NCBI GenBank assembly: GCA_044432805.1
Contig: JAWXUI010000003.1
Coordinates: 40,013-104,012 of the forward strand
From: Mycoplasmatota bacterium
GTDB lineage: Bacteria > Bacillota_I > Bacilli_A > RF39 > UBA660
Direction of reading: 5' to 3'
Length of the DNA stretch: 64,000 nucleotides
Shown here: positions 9,742 through 20,156 of the stretch, piece by piece
How the letters are laid out: every line of letters starts with the position of its first letter
How positions within the stretch are numbered: position 1 is the stretch's first letter
Translations under genes and position numbers: made by a program
The notes under the pieces: generated by a model
What the model saw: the letters and a program-made list of their open reading frames with translations, nothing else
Database searches by the model: none
Told to the model about the DNA's origin: nothing

Positions 9742-11250
9742 TTATATTGTTGGATACGTATTTATTCCTATTGGAAATCCTACTAAATACCAAGCAAGTA
9801 TAATCGCTAACCACAAAAGTATGAATAATCCAACGGTAGGTAATATTTTCTTCAGCGTTTCTAAAATGGATATTTCATCGTTATTATCAAATACATCTAA
9901 AAATGCTATCATTAATATAAAATAAGCAAATAGTGGAGTTATACTTTTTCCTATTCCATCCGCTGCTTTGAATATGAATGTCGTAAAATTAGGTGTTATA
10001 TTAGCACGCATTAGAAGAGGAACTAATATAGGGGACATTAGTTCCCACTTTGCAATACTTGACGGAATTATTAAACTTAATAAAATTGTTAAGAAAAATA
10101 ATATTATAATTAATACAAAGCCTGTAATTTCTAAAGTACTTAAAAAATCAATCAAATTAATTGCTATAACTGTATGTAAATTTGTATAATTTAATATAGT
10201 TATTAGTAATGTATAAAATAACAATAATGTTATTGGATATCCTAATTTGTCAAAATTTAAGTTTAATCCTTTATTAAATTCCTTGTTATTTTTAATATTT
10301 CCAGATATTCTTCCATGAATAAATGAAATAAGTATAGTTATTCCAAAGAGTACTATTGGAAATGATTTAATAAATGGCGACTCATCACCTAATAATGATA
10401 AAATATATGAATCATTATCTTGTAATAATATTCCGGATAAAGGCAAATTAGGTATTATCATATAAATGTATAGTACAAAACATATTGCTAATGTTATAAG
10501 TGTTACTTTATTTGCTTTCTTTGAAATTTTATATTCTTTCAATTCCTCTTTTTTATATTTTGATAATCTTGGAATTAATATTTTCTCAATAATCATAGTT
10601 CCAAAAATAGCAAGTATGATTGTTGATGCATACATAATAAAATATTCAGAAAATATATTGTAAACAAATGTTTTATCAATATCTAATGCAGCTGATAATT
10701 GTGTTAAACTTCCTAAATAACAATCGTTCGAACTTATTATTAAACTTGTTCCATAACCCATTGTTAATCCCAAAAAAGACGTTAATACACCTATAATTGG
10801 ATTTCTTCCAATGTGTTTGTATATTATTGCAAAAAATGGAATCAAAAAGATAAATGAATATTCTCCTAAAAAAGAAAATATTATAGATATTATTAACGTT
10901 ATAAATGTAATAAACTTATATTGTGTATTTTTAAATTTACTTGCTAATAATTGTGCAAGCCCACTTGCTTCAAATATACTCAATGTCGCAAAAGATATAA
11001 GTAATAATATGATTGGCTCTAACAGCGTAAAATTATTTAATAAATTATTAAATATATATTTTACTCCATCTAATGAAAAAATATTGTTTACCACGACTAA
11101 TGTTGTTTCTAGAGTGCCCGAAGAAATTATCGTTTGATTAGCCTGTAATCCAAATATTTCTCCGAAAAAACTAGCAAAAATTACTAATAAAGATAAAAAT
11201 AGCATCGCTAAAATAGGATTACATTTTTTCTTTTCCTGCTTTTTTTTCAT
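9742..11250 (-). CDS. AbgT-family (p-aminobenzoyl-glutamate / antimetabolite) transporter-like membrane protein.
   Basis: 502 aa and polytopic. The N-terminal region (…FTLLEPIILLL…FEASGLAQ…) resembles AbgT conserved segments, and the size fits. Confidence 0.45.
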   Translation of the reverse strand: MKKKQEKKKCNPILAMLFLSLLVIFASFFGEIFGLQANQTIISSGTLETTLVVVNNIFSLDGVKYIFNNLLNNFTLLEPIILLLISFATLSIFEASGLAQLLASKFKNTQYKFITFITLIISIIFSFLGEYSFIFLIPFFAIIYKHIGRNPIIGVLTSFLGLTMGYGTSLIISSNDCYLGSLTQLSAALDIDKTFVYNIFSEYFIMYASTIILAIFGTMIIEKILIPRLSKYKKEELKEYKISKKANKVTLITLAICFVLYIYMIIPNLPLSGILLQDNDSYILSLLGDESPFIKSFPIVLFGITILISFIHGRISGNIKNNKEFNKGLNLNFDKLGYPITLLLFYTLLITILNYTNLHTVIAINLIDFLSTLEITGFVLIIILFFLTILLSLIIPSSIAKWELMSPILVPLLMRANITPNFTTFIFKAADGIGKSITPLFAYFILMIAFLDVFDNNDEISILETLKKILPTVGLFILLWLAIILAWYLVGFPIGINTYPTI

Positions 11251-11258
11251 AAATCCTC

Positions 11259-11447
11259 CTATAAAGATATAACTTTTTTTAACTTTTTATTAAAATCTAT
11301 TCTTGTTAACATGATGCTTCTGTTACATTTCAAACATTTTATTTTAATGTCTGCACCTACTCTTGTTATTTGCCATTCATTAAAACCACAAGGATGTGGT
11401 TTTTTCATAACAACTATACTATTTAATTTATATTCTTTTTGCATCAT
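11259..11447 (-). CDS. DUF951 (YyzM-like) small protein.
   Basis: It reads KEYKLNSIVVMKKPHPCGFNEWQITRVGADIKIKCLKCNRSIM and carries the PHPCG…KC.xC motif of B. subtilis YyzM. The start is uncertain among 11477, 11447 and 11444. Confidence 0.6.
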   Translation of the reverse strand: MMQKEYKLNSIVVMKKPHPCGFNEWQITRVGADIKIKCLKCNRSIMLTRIDFNKKLKKVISL

Positions 11448-12231
11448 GTACCACCAATTGACTAAATGGAATTTCAATGTTATTTTTTTGAAGAGTTTCT
11501 ACTATTTCTTTTTTTAATAATCTCTCAATACCAAAGTGTTCCATTGTTTTGGTTTCAGCAGTTATCTTATATTCTATTGATGAATTTTTTAATGAATTTA
11601 CACCTAAAAATTTAATTTCACCAATAATCAAATCATTTTCTTTGTTTACTCTTTCTAACATTTTATTAATAACTTTTTCGAGTTTTACATTATCGGTATC
11701 ATAGGCAACCTCAAATTCTACTACTGCTAGAGAATTATTTACACTATGATTTATTACTTCTAAAATATTTCTATTTGCTATGTATTTTACTTCTCCTGTA
11801 TAAGCTTTTACTTTAGTTGTTTTGGCACCTAGTCCAACAACGTCACCTCTAAATGTATCTATTGTTACATTATCTCCAATAGAATAGTGTCCTTCAGCTA
11901 TAATAAAAGCACCTGCCAAAAAGTCTTTTAAAACATCTTGAATCGCTAACCCAATAACTATCCCTAAAACACCAAGAGATGCTATTATTGATTGCGTATT
12001 AACTCCATAAACCTCTAAAATCAGAAGAGCTGCTATAACTATAATAAAATATTTTAAAACATTTATCACGACCATTTTAATAGTTTCTGTTTTTTTATCA
12101 ACTTTTCTTGTTTTGAAAAATCCTTTTACTAGTTTTTTTGCTAGTTTAAATAAAACAAAAGAGCCTAATATAATTAATATTGGCGCAACAATTTCTTTAA
12201 TTAAAACATATTTAAAAATAAAATCTAACAT
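11428..12231 (-). CDS. Small-conductance mechanosensitive channel (MscS family).
   Basis: 267 aa with three N-terminal TM helices and an MscS beta-domain (GDVVGLGAKTTKVKAYTGEVKYIANRNI). Confidence 0.75.
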   Translation of the reverse strand: MLDFIFKYVLIKEIVAPILIILGSFVLFKLAKKLVKGFFKTRKVDKKTETIKMVVINVLKYFIIVIAALLILEVYGVNTQSIIASLGVLGIVIGLAIQDVLKDFLAGAFIIAEGHYSIGDNVTIDTFRGDVVGLGAKTTKVKAYTGEVKYIANRNILEVINHSVNNSLAVVEFEVAYDTDNVKLEKVINKMLERVNKENDLIIGEIKFLGVNSLKNSSIEYKITAETKTMEHFGIERLLKKEIVETLQKNNIEIPFSQLVVHDAKRI

Positions 12232-12235
12232 ATTA

Positions 12236-13114
12236 TCATTCCTTAATATCTAAAATTTCTAAAATCCTATTTAAATCCGCTACATTTGAGTAAGTAATTT
12301 CTATTTTTTTGTCTTTTACTTTAACTTTTGTGTCTAGTTTTTCTCTCATGATGCTTTCTACATATTTATATTTAGGATTTTGTGGTTTTTTTTCTATTTT
12401 ATTCTTCTTTTTAAATGTATTAGTCATTTCTTCTATGTCTCTTACATTTATTTTTTCTTCAACAATTTTATTTGCTATTTGTAAAATTTGTTCTTTATCT
12501 TCTAATTTGCTCAATAATCTAGCATGACTCATACTTAATTTTTTCGAGTTAATTAAATCTTGAACTTCTTCTGGCAGATTTAATAATCCTAACATATTTG
12601 TTAAATGGCTTCTACTTTTTCCTACTTTTTTTGATAATTGTTCTTGAGTAAGAAGTAATTTATCGATTAATGATTTATATGCAAAAGCTTCTTCTATTGC
12701 ACTTAAATTTTCTCTTTGCAAATTTTCTAATAGCGCTATTTCCATCATTTGATCATCGGTAAATGGTCTTATTATTGCTGGAATTGTTTCTTTTTTCGCT
12801 AATTGAGATGCTCTAAATCTTCTTTCTCCGGCTATTATTTCATATCCTTTTATACTTTTCTTTACTATAATAGGTTGAAATACACCGTGTTCTTTTATAG
12901 AATTTGCTAAATCATTTAAAGCTTCTTCGTTAAAAATTTTTCTTGGTTGATATGGATTTGGTCTTAATTGAGTTAATTTCAACTCTGTTATTTCTTCCTT
13001 TGGTGTTGTTTCGTATATGTTTTTTTCTATTGACGCCATATCTAAATTATCAGTATTAAATAATGATTCTAATCCTCTTCCAAGGGCCTTTTTTTTATTT
13101 TCCATTTCTTTCAA
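12236..13114 (-). CDS. parB: Chromosome partitioning protein ParB/Spo0J.
   Basis: It has a ParB N-domain (GERRFRA), an HTH, and GLESLF at the N-terminus. It sits downstream of parA. Confidence 0.9.
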   Translation of the reverse strand: MKEMENKKKALGRGLESLFNTDNLDMASIEKNIYETTPKEEITELKLTQLRPNPYQPRKIFNEEALNDLANSIKEHGVFQPIIVKKSIKGYEIIAGERRFRASQLAKKETIPAIIRPFTDDQMMEIALLENLQRENLSAIEEAFAYKSLIDKLLLTQEQLSKKVGKSRSHLTNMLGLLNLPEEVQDLINSKKLSMSHARLLSKLEDKEQILQIANKIVEEKINVRDIEEMTNTFKKKNKIEKKPQNPKYKYVESIMREKLDTKVKVKDKKIEITYSNVADLNRILEILDIKE

Positions 13115-13880
13115 TCACTTCCTTTGCTAAGTTAAGGTATGCTTCTGTTCCTTTACTATGTGGATCATATGCGATGATTGGTTTCCCATGTGATGGAGAT
13201 TCTGATAATCTAACTAATCTTGGAATAATAGTATCATATACTCTTTCTTTAAAATAACTTTTTATATCTTCTACAACTTCAATTCCTAAATTAGTTCTAT
13301 TATCTAACATCGTCAATAAAACTCCTTCTATATCTAATGTTGGATTAAGATTTTTTTGCGCTAACATAATTGTATTTAACAATTGCATTATTCCTTCTAA
13401 TGCGAAAAATTCACATTGAACTGGTATAATAACCGAATCTGCTGCAGTTAAGGCATTGGTTGTTAATATACCTAATGAAGGAGGACAATCAATTATTATA
13501 TAATCAAACATTTCTTTTGTTATATCTAAATATTTTTTTAATTGATTACCTTTTTCAAATCCGGGTTCAATACGACTTTTTTCCATTAATTCAATATCTG
13601 CCCCAGCTAATTGAATAGTCGCCGGAATAACAAATAAATTTTTAAATTTTGTTTTTACTATTACCTCTTTTAGTTCTGCTTGGTCAATTAATAAATCATA
13701 TGCACTATGCTTTATGTCTGCTTTATTAATCCCTATTCCTGTTGTTGCATTACCTTGAGGATCTAAATCAACTAATAATACTTTTCTTTTTAAAACACCT
13801 AACGATGCGGCTAAATTTATACTCGAAGTAGTTTTTCCTACTCCACCTTTTTGATTTACTAATGCTATTACTTTTCCCAT
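13095..13880 (-). CDS. parA: Chromosome partitioning ATPase ParA/Soj.
   Basis: It carries the KGGVGKTT deviant Walker A and is 261 aa long. Confidence 0.95.
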   Translation of the reverse strand: MGKVIALVNQKGGVGKTTSSINLAASLGVLKRKVLLVDLDPQGNATTGIGINKADIKHSAYDLLIDQAELKEVIVKTKFKNLFVIPATIQLAGADIELMEKSRIEPGFEKGNQLKKYLDITKEMFDYIIIDCPPSLGILTTNALTAADSVIIPVQCEFFALEGIMQLLNTIMLAQKNLNPTLDIEGVLLTMLDNRTNLGIEVVEDIKSYFKERVYDTIIPRLVRLSESPSHGKPIIAYDPHSKGTEAYLNLAKEVIERNGK

Positions 13881-13952
13881 TATACCACCATTTTCTAACT
13901 CTATTTAATTTTATCAAATTTAAAGTTTTTTTTCAATTGATTTCATACTTTA

Positions 13953-13982
13953 TTTAAAAAAACTCAATCATATGATTGAGAA
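13953..13982 (-). terminator. Hairpin (CTCAATCATATGATTGAG) flanked by an A-run and a T-run; an intrinsic terminator after the noc-like gene that may act bidirectionally.
   Basis: An 18-bp palindrome at 13963-13980 has AAAAAAAA upstream and TCTTTTTT downstream, in the parA-noc intergenic region. Confidence 0.55.
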
Positions 13983-13989
13983 ATCTTTT

Positions 13990-15411
13990 TTATTTTTTTG
14001 TTATTTTAAATGTTGCTTGATAAAGATTTGGTAAATCCATTTCATCTAAATCTAAAACGTAACCATATCCTTCGATTGTTTTTGCACATTCTCTAATAGC
14101 ATTAACAACTGTTTTCATATTAACACCTTCAACTATTGGGGTTTCATATGGTTTAATTTCAATTTCTTCTGTATCTCTTAAAGCATAATTATTATATACT
14201 GGTGTTACTATTGGCGCTACTTCTTCTTTAGGAGTATCATCCAATGGTTCATAAAACTTTGAATAATCAATTTCTGTTGGCACCGGAGTGACAATTGGAC
14301 TTTCCTCAGTCTTTGATAATGCGTTATCATTAGATTCTAAGAAAGGTGATGTTTGTTCTGAATTTTCAACAACTGCTTCTACCGGTTTAAATAATGGTTC
14401 TGGTTGAACATTATTTATTAATGATATTTTTTCTTCTACTTTAGGAACTATTACTTCTTCTTCTGGCATCATATTGAAAAATCTACCAGGTTTAACCGCT
14501 TCTTCTATAGTTGGTACTTGTTCAACTTTAACTTCTGGCGTTGATGATTGTAACAATGTATCCATATTAGCTAAAGGTTTTGGTTGATATATATCTTGGC
14601 TATTATTTAATAAACTTTCTATTGAAATAATATCACTTGAATTTGTTTCTTGCATTGGATTCATTGTTATATTGCTTTCTGGACTTACAATTTCTGGTAT
14701 TGTAAATTTTGCTTCATTTTCCATTGTTTTCATTTCCTCATTTTGTTCAGGTTTGATTTGATTTTCTAAACTAACTATATTTTCAGGTGTCTTTATATTT
14801 TGATTTGAACCCGACAATATTTCAGTTATTAAAACATCTGTTTTTTTAACTGTTAATCTTTCCTTAACTATTCTTTCTAAAACTGATATTTGATCACTTT
14901 CTTTTTTTAATCTCAATAAAGATCTTGCATGCCTTTCAGATATTTCTTCTTCTAAAAGTGCTTCTTGTACTTCGTCTGATAATTCTAATAGTCTTAGTTT
15001 ATTTGCAATTGTAGGCTGTTTTTTTCCTAGTTTAATTGCTAAATCTTGTTGTGTTAGATAATTCATATCTAATATTTTTTTATATGAAATAGCTTCTTCA
15101 ATTGGAGTTAAATTTTCTCTTTGGACATTTTCAATTAGCGCGACTTCACTGCTTGTTCTATCATTCATATCAGTAACTATTGCTGGAATTTTTTTTCTTC
15201 CTGCTAATACTGAAGCTTTGTATCTTCTTTCTCCAGCAATTATTTCATATTTATCTCCTAATTTTCGAACAACTATCGGTTCTATTACACCATGTTCTTT
15301 TATCGATTTTGCTAATTCATTTAAACTTTCTTCATTAAATTTTATTCTTGGTTGAAATCTATTTGGTAATATTTCTTCAACATCTAATTCAGAAAATATT
15401 CTTTCATTCAT
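13990..15411 (-). CDS. noc: Noc-like ParB-family protein with a long low-complexity insertion.
   Basis: The N-terminal ~210 aa (…PNRFQPR…GERRYKA…TIANKLRLLELSDEVQEAL…ISERHARSLL) and the last ~40 aa (VVNAIRECAKTIEGYGYVLDLDEMD…YQATFKI) align to B. subtilis Noc. About 240 aa rich in E, P, V and T lie between them. Its position between parA and rsmG matches noc. Confidence 0.8.
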   Translation of the reverse strand: MNERIFSELDVEEILPNRFQPRIKFNEESLNELAKSIKEHGVIEPIVVRKLGDKYEIIAGERRYKASVLAGRKKIPAIVTDMNDRTSSEVALIENVQRENLTPIEEAISYKKILDMNYLTQQDLAIKLGKKQPTIANKLRLLELSDEVQEALLEEEISERHARSLLRLKKESDQISVLERIVKERLTVKKTDVLITEILSGSNQNIKTPENIVSLENQIKPEQNEEMKTMENEAKFTIPEIVSPESNITMNPMQETNSSDIISIESLLNNSQDIYQPKPLANMDTLLQSSTPEVKVEQVPTIEEAVKPGRFFNMMPEEEVIVPKVEEKISLINNVQPEPLFKPVEAVVENSEQTSPFLESNDNALSKTEESPIVTPVPTEIDYSKFYEPLDDTPKEEVAPIVTPVYNNYALRDTEEIEIKPYETPIVEGVNMKTVVNAIRECAKTIEGYGYVLDLDEMDLPNLYQATFKITKK

Positions 15412-15537
15412 ATTTACACCTCTTTTTATTCTTCTACTTTATAATAATACTACATCTTGGGAAATAAATCAATTTGTTTTGGGAAATATTTTTGTTTTTT
15501 AAAAAAAACTGCATTATGCGGTTCTTTTTTTATTTGT

Positions 15538-16239
15538 TTACAAAGGATTTTTTTTAATTTCTTTGTTTTCTCTTGGATAATTTTTATTGTCTTTAATTTT
15601 TCTAATTTTGATTAATGTTCTATTACTTTTTTCAATGGGTAATTGAAAATTTTGAGTTTCAATTATATCACAATTTATTTTTTTTGTGGCTTTTATTGCA
15701 TTATCCATTTCTTCATTCATATTGGCTTTCATCGGTATAAAAAATCCAGTTTCTTTTAAGACAGGAATGCAATATTCTAATAAAACATTCAATGGCGCAA
15801 CAGCTCTTGCAGTGACTAAATCAAATTTATTTCTATTGTTCTTGGCGTAATCTTCTATTCTTGAATGTACACACTCTATTTTTTCCAAGTTTAATTTTTC
15901 AATCACATCATTTAAAAATTTTATTCTTTTATTTAATGAATCAACTAATGTAATATTTAATTTAGGAAATAATATTTTTATAACTATTCCAGGAAAACCA
16001 GCTCCTGTTCCAACATCGCATAAAGAATTATAATCATTGAAATCGATTATTTTACACAATGTAGAACTATCATAAAAATGTTTTAAATAAACTTGTTCTT
16101 TTTCAGTTATCCCAGTTAAATTCATTACTTTATTGTATTCAATAAGCATGTCATAGTAAATTTCTAATTGCTCCAACTGAATATTTAATACTTCTATTCC
16201 GATTATTTTTAATTCTTCTATAAATTCATTTTTATTCAT
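15538..16239 (-). CDS. rsmG: 16S rRNA (guanine527-N7)-methyltransferase RsmG (GidB).
   Basis: It has a GTGAGFPG SAM motif and lies downstream of mnmG. Confidence 0.9.
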   Translation of the reverse strand: MNKNEFIEELKIIGIEVLNIQLEQLEIYYDMLIEYNKVMNLTGITEKEQVYLKHFYDSSTLCKIIDFNDYNSLCDVGTGAGFPGIVIKILFPKLNITLVDSLNKRIKFLNDVIEKLNLEKIECVHSRIEDYAKNNRNKFDLVTARAVAPLNVLLEYCIPVLKETGFFIPMKANMNEEMDNAIKATKKINCDIIETQNFQLPIEKSNRTLIKIRKIKDNKNYPRENKEIKKNPL

Positions 16240-18140
16240 TATTTTCTTCCTTTTATGTAAACCATTAAAATTGATATGTCACTTGGATTTACACCACTTA
16301 TTCTTAATGCTTGTCCAATTGATGTTGGTTTTATTTCTTTTAATTTTTGACGAGCTTCACTTGCAATATTAGTTACTAAATCATAATTTATATCGTCTGG
16401 TATTTTTTTCTTATCTAAATCAGTCATTTTATTTGCTTCTTTTATTGCTTTAGTTATATATCCTTCATATTTATTATTTATATGAACTTGATTAATTACT
16501 TCTTTATCAAATTCTAAATTAATAAAGTGATTGATATTTTCTATTTTTATTTCTGGTCTTTTTAATAAATCATATAAAGTGATTCCGTCTTTTAGTAATG
16601 CTGTTGGTATAGTTTTTAAATAATCTTGAACAATTACAGTTGGAGTTATTTTTTTTGTTTTTAATAAACAAGTTAATTTTTCTATATCTTTTTCTTTTTC
16701 TATTAATTTATTATAATCATTTAATGAAACCATACCAATTTCATAACCATATTTTCTTAATCTTAAATCGGCATTATCTGTTCTAAGTAATAATCGATAT
16801 TCAGCTCTTGAAGTTAATAAACGATAAGGATCTATAACTCCTTTTGTTACTAAATCATCTATTAATACACCTATATATCCTTCATCTCTTTTTAAAATAA
16901 GAGGTTGTTTATTATTTATTTTAGCTGATGCGTTTATTCCGGCCATTAATCCTTGGCACGCTGCTTCTTCATAACCACTTGTACCATTAATTTGACCAGC
17001 AGTAAATAAATTACTAATTTTTTTTGTTTCTAAACTTTGTTTTAGTTGAGTTGGATTTATCGCATCATATTCTATTGCATATCCATAATGTAATATTTTA
17101 GCATTTTGTAATCCTGGTAAACTTTTTATCATCTTATCTTGTATTTCATTAGGCATACTTGTCGAAAATCCTTGTACATATATTGAATTACCATATATTT
17201 TATCATCATCTATAATGGTTTCTGGTTCTAAAAACAACTGATGTTTTTCTTTTTCACTAAATCTTACAATTTTATCTTCAATTGACGGGCAATATCTAGG
17301 ACCTACTCCTTTTATATCGTTTAGTCCGCCATACATACTTGATTTCCCAATATTTTCTCTTATTATTTCATGAGTCTCTTTTGTTGTATAAATCAAATGA
17401 CATGGAACTTGCTTGTTAATATCATAATATATTTTATTATCATATGAAAATGTTAATTCTTCTAAATCGCCATTTTCTATTCTTGTTTGTGAATAATCGA
17501 TTGAATTTTTATCTATTCTTTGTGGTGTTCCTGTTTTTAATCTTATTATTTCAAAACCTAATTTTTTTAAATTATCACTTAAGAAATTACTAGGTTTTTC
17601 TCCGTGCGGTCCTTTTCTAGTTCTTGTGTTTCCAACTAAAATATCTGATTTTAAATATGTTCCAGTTGTTAAAATTACTGATTTTGAAAATATTTTTTCA
17701 CCATTTTCCAATATAACTCCTATTATATTGTTATTTTCAATTAACAAATCTTCAACTATTGCTTCTTTCATAAATAAATTAGGTGTCTTCTGTAATTTTT
17801 TAATCATTTCTTTTGGATACAAAACTTTGTCGCCTTGTGCTCTTAGTGCTTGAACTGCCGGTCCTTTACTGCTATTTAGCATTTTTATTTGCATATGTGT
17901 TTTATCTGCAATTTTCCCCATAAGTCCGCCTAAAGCGTCTATTTCTCTTACTACAATACCTTTTGCTGAACCTCCGATAGAAGGATTACATGGCATGTCA
18001 GCTATATTTTTTAAATTACCTGTTATAAGTAATGTCTTATTTTTTAAAGTTGCTGATGCGCACGCGGATTCACATCCTGCATGTCCACCACCAACTACGA
18101 TTATATCAAAATCCATATTTCCTCCTATTTTCCTAAGCAA
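16239..18140 (-). CDS. mnmG: tRNA uridine 5-carboxymethylaminomethyl modification enzyme MnmG (GidA).
   Basis: 633 aa with the FAD-binding motif VVGGGHAGCES. Confidence 0.95.
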   Translation of the reverse strand: MLRKIGGNMDFDIIVVGGGHAGCESACASATLKNKTLLITGNLKNIADMPCNPSIGGSAKGIVVREIDALGGLMGKIADKTHMQIKMLNSSKGPAVQALRAQGDKVLYPKEMIKKLQKTPNLFMKEAIVEDLLIENNNIIGVILENGEKIFSKSVILTTGTYLKSDILVGNTRTRKGPHGEKPSNFLSDNLKKLGFEIIRLKTGTPQRIDKNSIDYSQTRIENGDLEELTFSYDNKIYYDINKQVPCHLIYTTKETHEIIRENIGKSSMYGGLNDIKGVGPRYCPSIEDKIVRFSEKEKHQLFLEPETIIDDDKIYGNSIYVQGFSTSMPNEIQDKMIKSLPGLQNAKILHYGYAIEYDAINPTQLKQSLETKKISNLFTAGQINGTSGYEEAACQGLMAGINASAKINNKQPLILKRDEGYIGVLIDDLVTKGVIDPYRLLTSRAEYRLLLRTDNADLRLRKYGYEIGMVSLNDYNKLIEKEKDIEKLTCLLKTKKITPTVIVQDYLKTIPTALLKDGITLYDLLKRPEIKIENINHFINLEFDKEVINQVHINNKYEGYITKAIKEANKMTDLDKKKIPDDINYDLVTNIASEARQKLKEIKPTSIGQALRISGVNPSDISILMVYIKGRK

Positions 18141-19471
18141 AATCTACTAAATAATTGATCTATTAATTCTTCTTCATATGTTTCTCCAGTTATTTCTCCT
18201 AGTGTTTTCCATATGTTTCTTAAATCTATTTCTATCATGTCTATTGGCATTTCTTTTGTTATTCCATCTTCTACTTCATTTATTAAATTATAAACTCTTT
18301 TTAAAATAGATAAACTTCTTGCATTGGTTAAATATGTCATATCTTGTTGTTCTAATTTTTCTAAATTAAATAATTTTATTATTTTTTCTTTCAATAACTC
18401 AATTCCAATATTTTTTAATGCACTTATTTCAATAAATTCTTCAAATTCATAATTTAATTTTTTTTCTAAATCTATTTTATTTATTAAGATAATGTGTTTT
18501 TTATCTTTAACTTCTTTTAACAAAGTTTTTTCTTCTTCATTAATTTCCTCATTATTATTAAATACAAAAAGCACTAAATCGGCTTCTCTCATTGCTCTTA
18601 AACTTTTTTCTATTCCTATTTTTTCGACTATTTCATCTGTTTTTCTTATACCAGCTGTATCTATAAGATTTAATAAAATGCCATCGATTGTTATATTACC
18701 TTCTACTATATCTCTAGTTGTTCCTGGAATATTAGTAACTATTGCTTTATTATTATCCAACAAATTATTTAACAAACTACTCTTTCCAGCATTAGGTCTT
18801 CCTATAATAACAGTTTTGATTCCTTCTTGAATTATTTTTCCGTCATTACTTTCTTTTAATATTTTACTTATTTGCTCTTTTATTATTTTTATATTAGGTA
18901 ATATTTTTTCATTTGTTAATTGTTCAATATCATCATATTCTGGATAATCTATATTTACTTCAATATTGGCAACTATTTCAATAATTTTTTCTCTTAAGTT
19001 AGTTATTAATTTTGTTACTTTACCACTTATTTCACTTATCGCTAATTCTCTAGATTTTTCTGATTTAGCTTCAATTAAATTCATAATTCCTTGGGCTTCT
19101 ATTAAATCTATTCTTCCGTTTAAATATGCTCTTTTACTAAATTCACCCGGCTGAGCTAAAGAACAACCTTGATTTAATAGTTCTTCTAATATTTTTTTTG
19201 TTGTATATATTCCCCCATGGCAATTTATTTCTACAACATCTTCCATTGTGAAAGTTCTAGGTGCATGCATAACAGTTACTAAAACTTCGTCAATTACTTT
19301 ATCGTCGGCAATAATATGTCCGTAGTTAATAGTATGAGTTTCTACATTCTCTAAATTTTTTCCTCTAAATATTTTTGAAACTGTTTTTATAGATTCATCT
19401 CCACTAACTCTAATAATACTTATTGACCCACTTCCTGAAGCCGTTGCAATAGCACATATTGTTTCGTTCAT
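18125..19471 (-). CDS. mnmE: tRNA modification GTPase MnmE (TrmE).
   Basis: It has the GRPNAGKSSLLN G1 motif and the C-terminal CLGK. Confidence 0.95.
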   Translation of the reverse strand: MNETICAIATASGSGSISIIRVSGDESIKTVSKIFRGKNLENVETHTINYGHIIADDKVIDEVLVTVMHAPRTFTMEDVVEINCHGGIYTTKKILEELLNQGCSLAQPGEFSKRAYLNGRIDLIEAQGIMNLIEAKSEKSRELAISEISGKVTKLITNLREKIIEIVANIEVNIDYPEYDDIEQLTNEKILPNIKIIKEQISKILKESNDGKIIQEGIKTVIIGRPNAGKSSLLNNLLDNNKAIVTNIPGTTRDIVEGNITIDGILLNLIDTAGIRKTDEIVEKIGIEKSLRAMREADLVLFVFNNNEEINEEEKTLLKEVKDKKHIILINKIDLEKKLNYEFEEFIEISALKNIGIELLKEKIIKLFNLEKLEQQDMTYLTNARSLSILKRVYNLINEVEDGITKEMPIDMIEIDLRNIWKTLGEITGETYEEELIDQLFSRFCLGK

Positions 19472-19544
19472 AAAATCACCTCTTAATCTGTAAAATTATA
19501 CATTATTCTTGTAGTTTAGTCAAATTATAAAAAAAAGAAAATTA

Positions 19545-20156
19545 TTAATTTTCCTTATATTTTATAGTTATAAAACGTTCGTTTCCTTGTCCTTCACTAA
19601 CGCTTTCAACATTTGGTTTTTCTACTACTAAAGAATGGATAAGTCTTCTTTCATATGAATTCATAGGATCTAATTTAACATCAATTTTTGTTTTTTGTAC
19701 TTCTTTAATTATTTTTTCTACTTCTCTTAATAAATTTTGTTGTTGTTTTTCTTTATAGTTGGAAGCGTCAATGTTAAATTTAATCATAATATTTTGTTGC
19801 AATAATGCTTTTTTTAATAATAATTGAATACTATTTAAAGTTTTTCCTTCTTTTCCTATTAAATAATTATTATTTTCAGATACAATATTTATATTTAATA
19901 TTTCTTTATTATCTCTTACTTCTATTATTGGTTCTATATCTAAATAAGCACATAATCCTAATATAAATTCTTTTATATATTGTTTTACATCATATTTTTT
20001 TACAACTGTTATTATTTGTTTTTTCCCTTTTAAAATCTTTGTTTCTTCTTTTGCATTTAAAACATAAATATCTTCATTTCTACAATTTAATGTTTCAAGG
20101 CAAATTTCATAAGTTTTTTCTAAAGTTTTTCCTTCGAATACATACTTTTCTATCAT
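19545..20156 (-). CDS. jag: Jag/KhpB RNA-binding protein (KH and R3H domains).
   Basis: 203 aa, located downstream of yidC, with a C-terminal R3H-like segment (ERRLIHSLV). Confidence 0.8.
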   Translation of the reverse strand: MIEKYVFEGKTLEKTYEICLETLNCRNEDIYVLNAKEETKILKGKKQIITVVKKYDVKQYIKEFILGLCAYLDIEPIIEVRDNKEILNINIVSENNNYLIGKEGKTLNSIQLLLKKALLQQNIMIKFNIDASNYKEKQQQNLLREVEKIIKEVQKTKIDVKLDPMNSYERRLIHSLVVEKPNVESVSEGQGNERFITIKYKEN

